From assembly GCA_000388065.2 (NCBI GenBank), contig KB932203.1: a stretch of DNA of 19,524 bases; one strand, written 5' to 3'. Under the pieces are notes generated by a model, which had not been told where the DNA came from, ran no database searches, and saw nothing but the letters and a program-made list of their open reading frames with translations. Both the position numbers and the translations under genes were made by a program. Source of the DNA: Fonticula alba ATCC 38817 (taxonomy: Eukaryota; Protista; Nucleariida). This document shows, one piece after another, positions 18,511-19,524 of the stretch; the stretch's first letter is position 1; every line of letters begins with the position of its first letter.

Positions 18511-19524
18511 ATGCTTCGGTCCTCCATTTCGCCCCTCCTGTGGCGGTCGGCCGCCCGGCTGGCTCCTCGGGCGCCGGCCTTCTCCTCCTCTGCGGCCCCC
18601 ATGTCGACGGCCTTCTCCTCCTCCAGCACGCCCGCCCAGGCGGCCGAGGGGTCGATTCTCTCCCGGCGTTGTGCGTTGCGTGCTTTTTCCCTTCGTATGC
18701 TGCCTGCGCCCCCCCCCCCCCCCCCCCCCCCCTTGCCTCGACTCACGTCCTCGCTCTCGCTCTCACTCTTGCACCTCGCCTGCCGGCAATCAGCCTCCAC
18801 CCTGATCATCAGCGTGCGCGATGAGCCTGCCCGCACGGTCACCGGGTTCGGTCACATCCTCACCGCCACCCCGGAAACGAGCGACGTTTTCGAGGAGGGG
18901 TCCCCGCGTACGCTCGCTCCCCCCCCCATTCGCCCGCCGCTTTCCTTCCTCCCGCGCCGGGCCCCTCCTGCGATGGTCGATGCTGACAATTGCCCGGCCT
19001 TGCGCCTGGCATCCCCTCCCTTCCTCCCTCCTCCTCCTCCCCCCCCCCCTTGAACGGTGCAGTCCGCATGGGCGACTCCTTCCTGCTGCGCTACTACCCC
19101 TTCTCGTCGGACCCTGTCCTGAAGGAGCGCTATCTCAATCCCTATGGTCGCATCCGGTACGCCCATCCCCTGGGGTTCTGCCTGCCCTTCTCCCGCCATG
19201 ACCACCGGGGGTTTCCCTCCCCCCCCTCCCCCCCCCCCACTCCACCCGGTCACCGGCTCGCTGCTGCCCTCGCCGCGCCTGGCACCGGTCACGCCCGAGC
19301 CTCCGCAAGATCCGCCACGACGTGGATGGCTTTGCCGGGTCCGTGGCATACACCCACTGCCCGCCCCACCTCCTGACCTCGACGCCGGCATCGGCCGACT
19401 CGGAGGCCGCTCCTTCCGCCGCCAACCCGAGCGCCACGATCGTCACTGCCGCCGTCAACCAGATCATGCTCCTGAATCAGATCCGCGCCGAGCGCGACAT
19501 GCGCATGACGGGTTCGTAGTGCCC
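18511..19524 (+). CDS. ACOT9: Mitochondrial acyl-CoA thioesterase 9-like (hotdog fold), 3'-partial; exons 18511-18670, 18794-18907, 19063-19156, 19300-~19511, continuing beyond the window
   Basis: The Arg/Ser/Ala-rich N-terminus lacks acidic residues, like a presequence (MLRSSISPLLWRSAARLAPR..). RMGDSF..PFSSDPVLKERYLNPYGRIR..D.D.FAGSVAYTH..TIVTAAV..I.L...I....DM.MTG matches the first hotdog domain of the ACOT9 family. The introns are phase-compatible. Confidence 0.85.

Noticed and set aside
19307-19309. AAG as the ACOT9 intron 3 acceptor
   Set aside because: It shifts the frame and loses the homologous D.D.FAGSVAYTH segment.
19512-19519. TAG at 19517-19519 as premature stop or pseudogene sign in the ACOT9-like gene
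   Set aside because: GTTCGT at 19512 fits the local donor pattern, so the stop is probably intronic and the gene continues past the window.

Overview
GC-rich, intron-rich eukaryotic scaffold with six N-gaps and many microsatellites and C/G homopolymers. Gene content and intron style fit a unicellular opisthokont close to fungi, such as a Fonticula-like organism (inference only). Six spliced or intronless protein genes could be reconstructed by hand: SF1/BBP (-, 5 exons, 880 aa); an 81-aa single-pass membrane microprotein (+, 2 exons); a divergent THOC5-like gene (+, 7 exons, about 980 aa); EMC5/MMGT1 (-, 5' part lost in a gap); an intronless calmodulin (+, 149 aa); and the 5' part of a mitochondrial ACOT9-like thioesterase (+). 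No tRNA, rRNA, snRNA, transposase or CRISPR array was recognised. The most interesting signals concern splicing. 15 of 16 inferred donors have C at +4 (GTRCGY) and none has A. Introns with a perfect CTAAC branch site lack a polypyrimidine tract. This SF1 has no Trp in its N-terminus but three RxRF-D motifs behind an RD/RE repeat, and it carries a perfect branch-site sequence in its own codons 3-5. All exon models are manual and unverified by transcript data.
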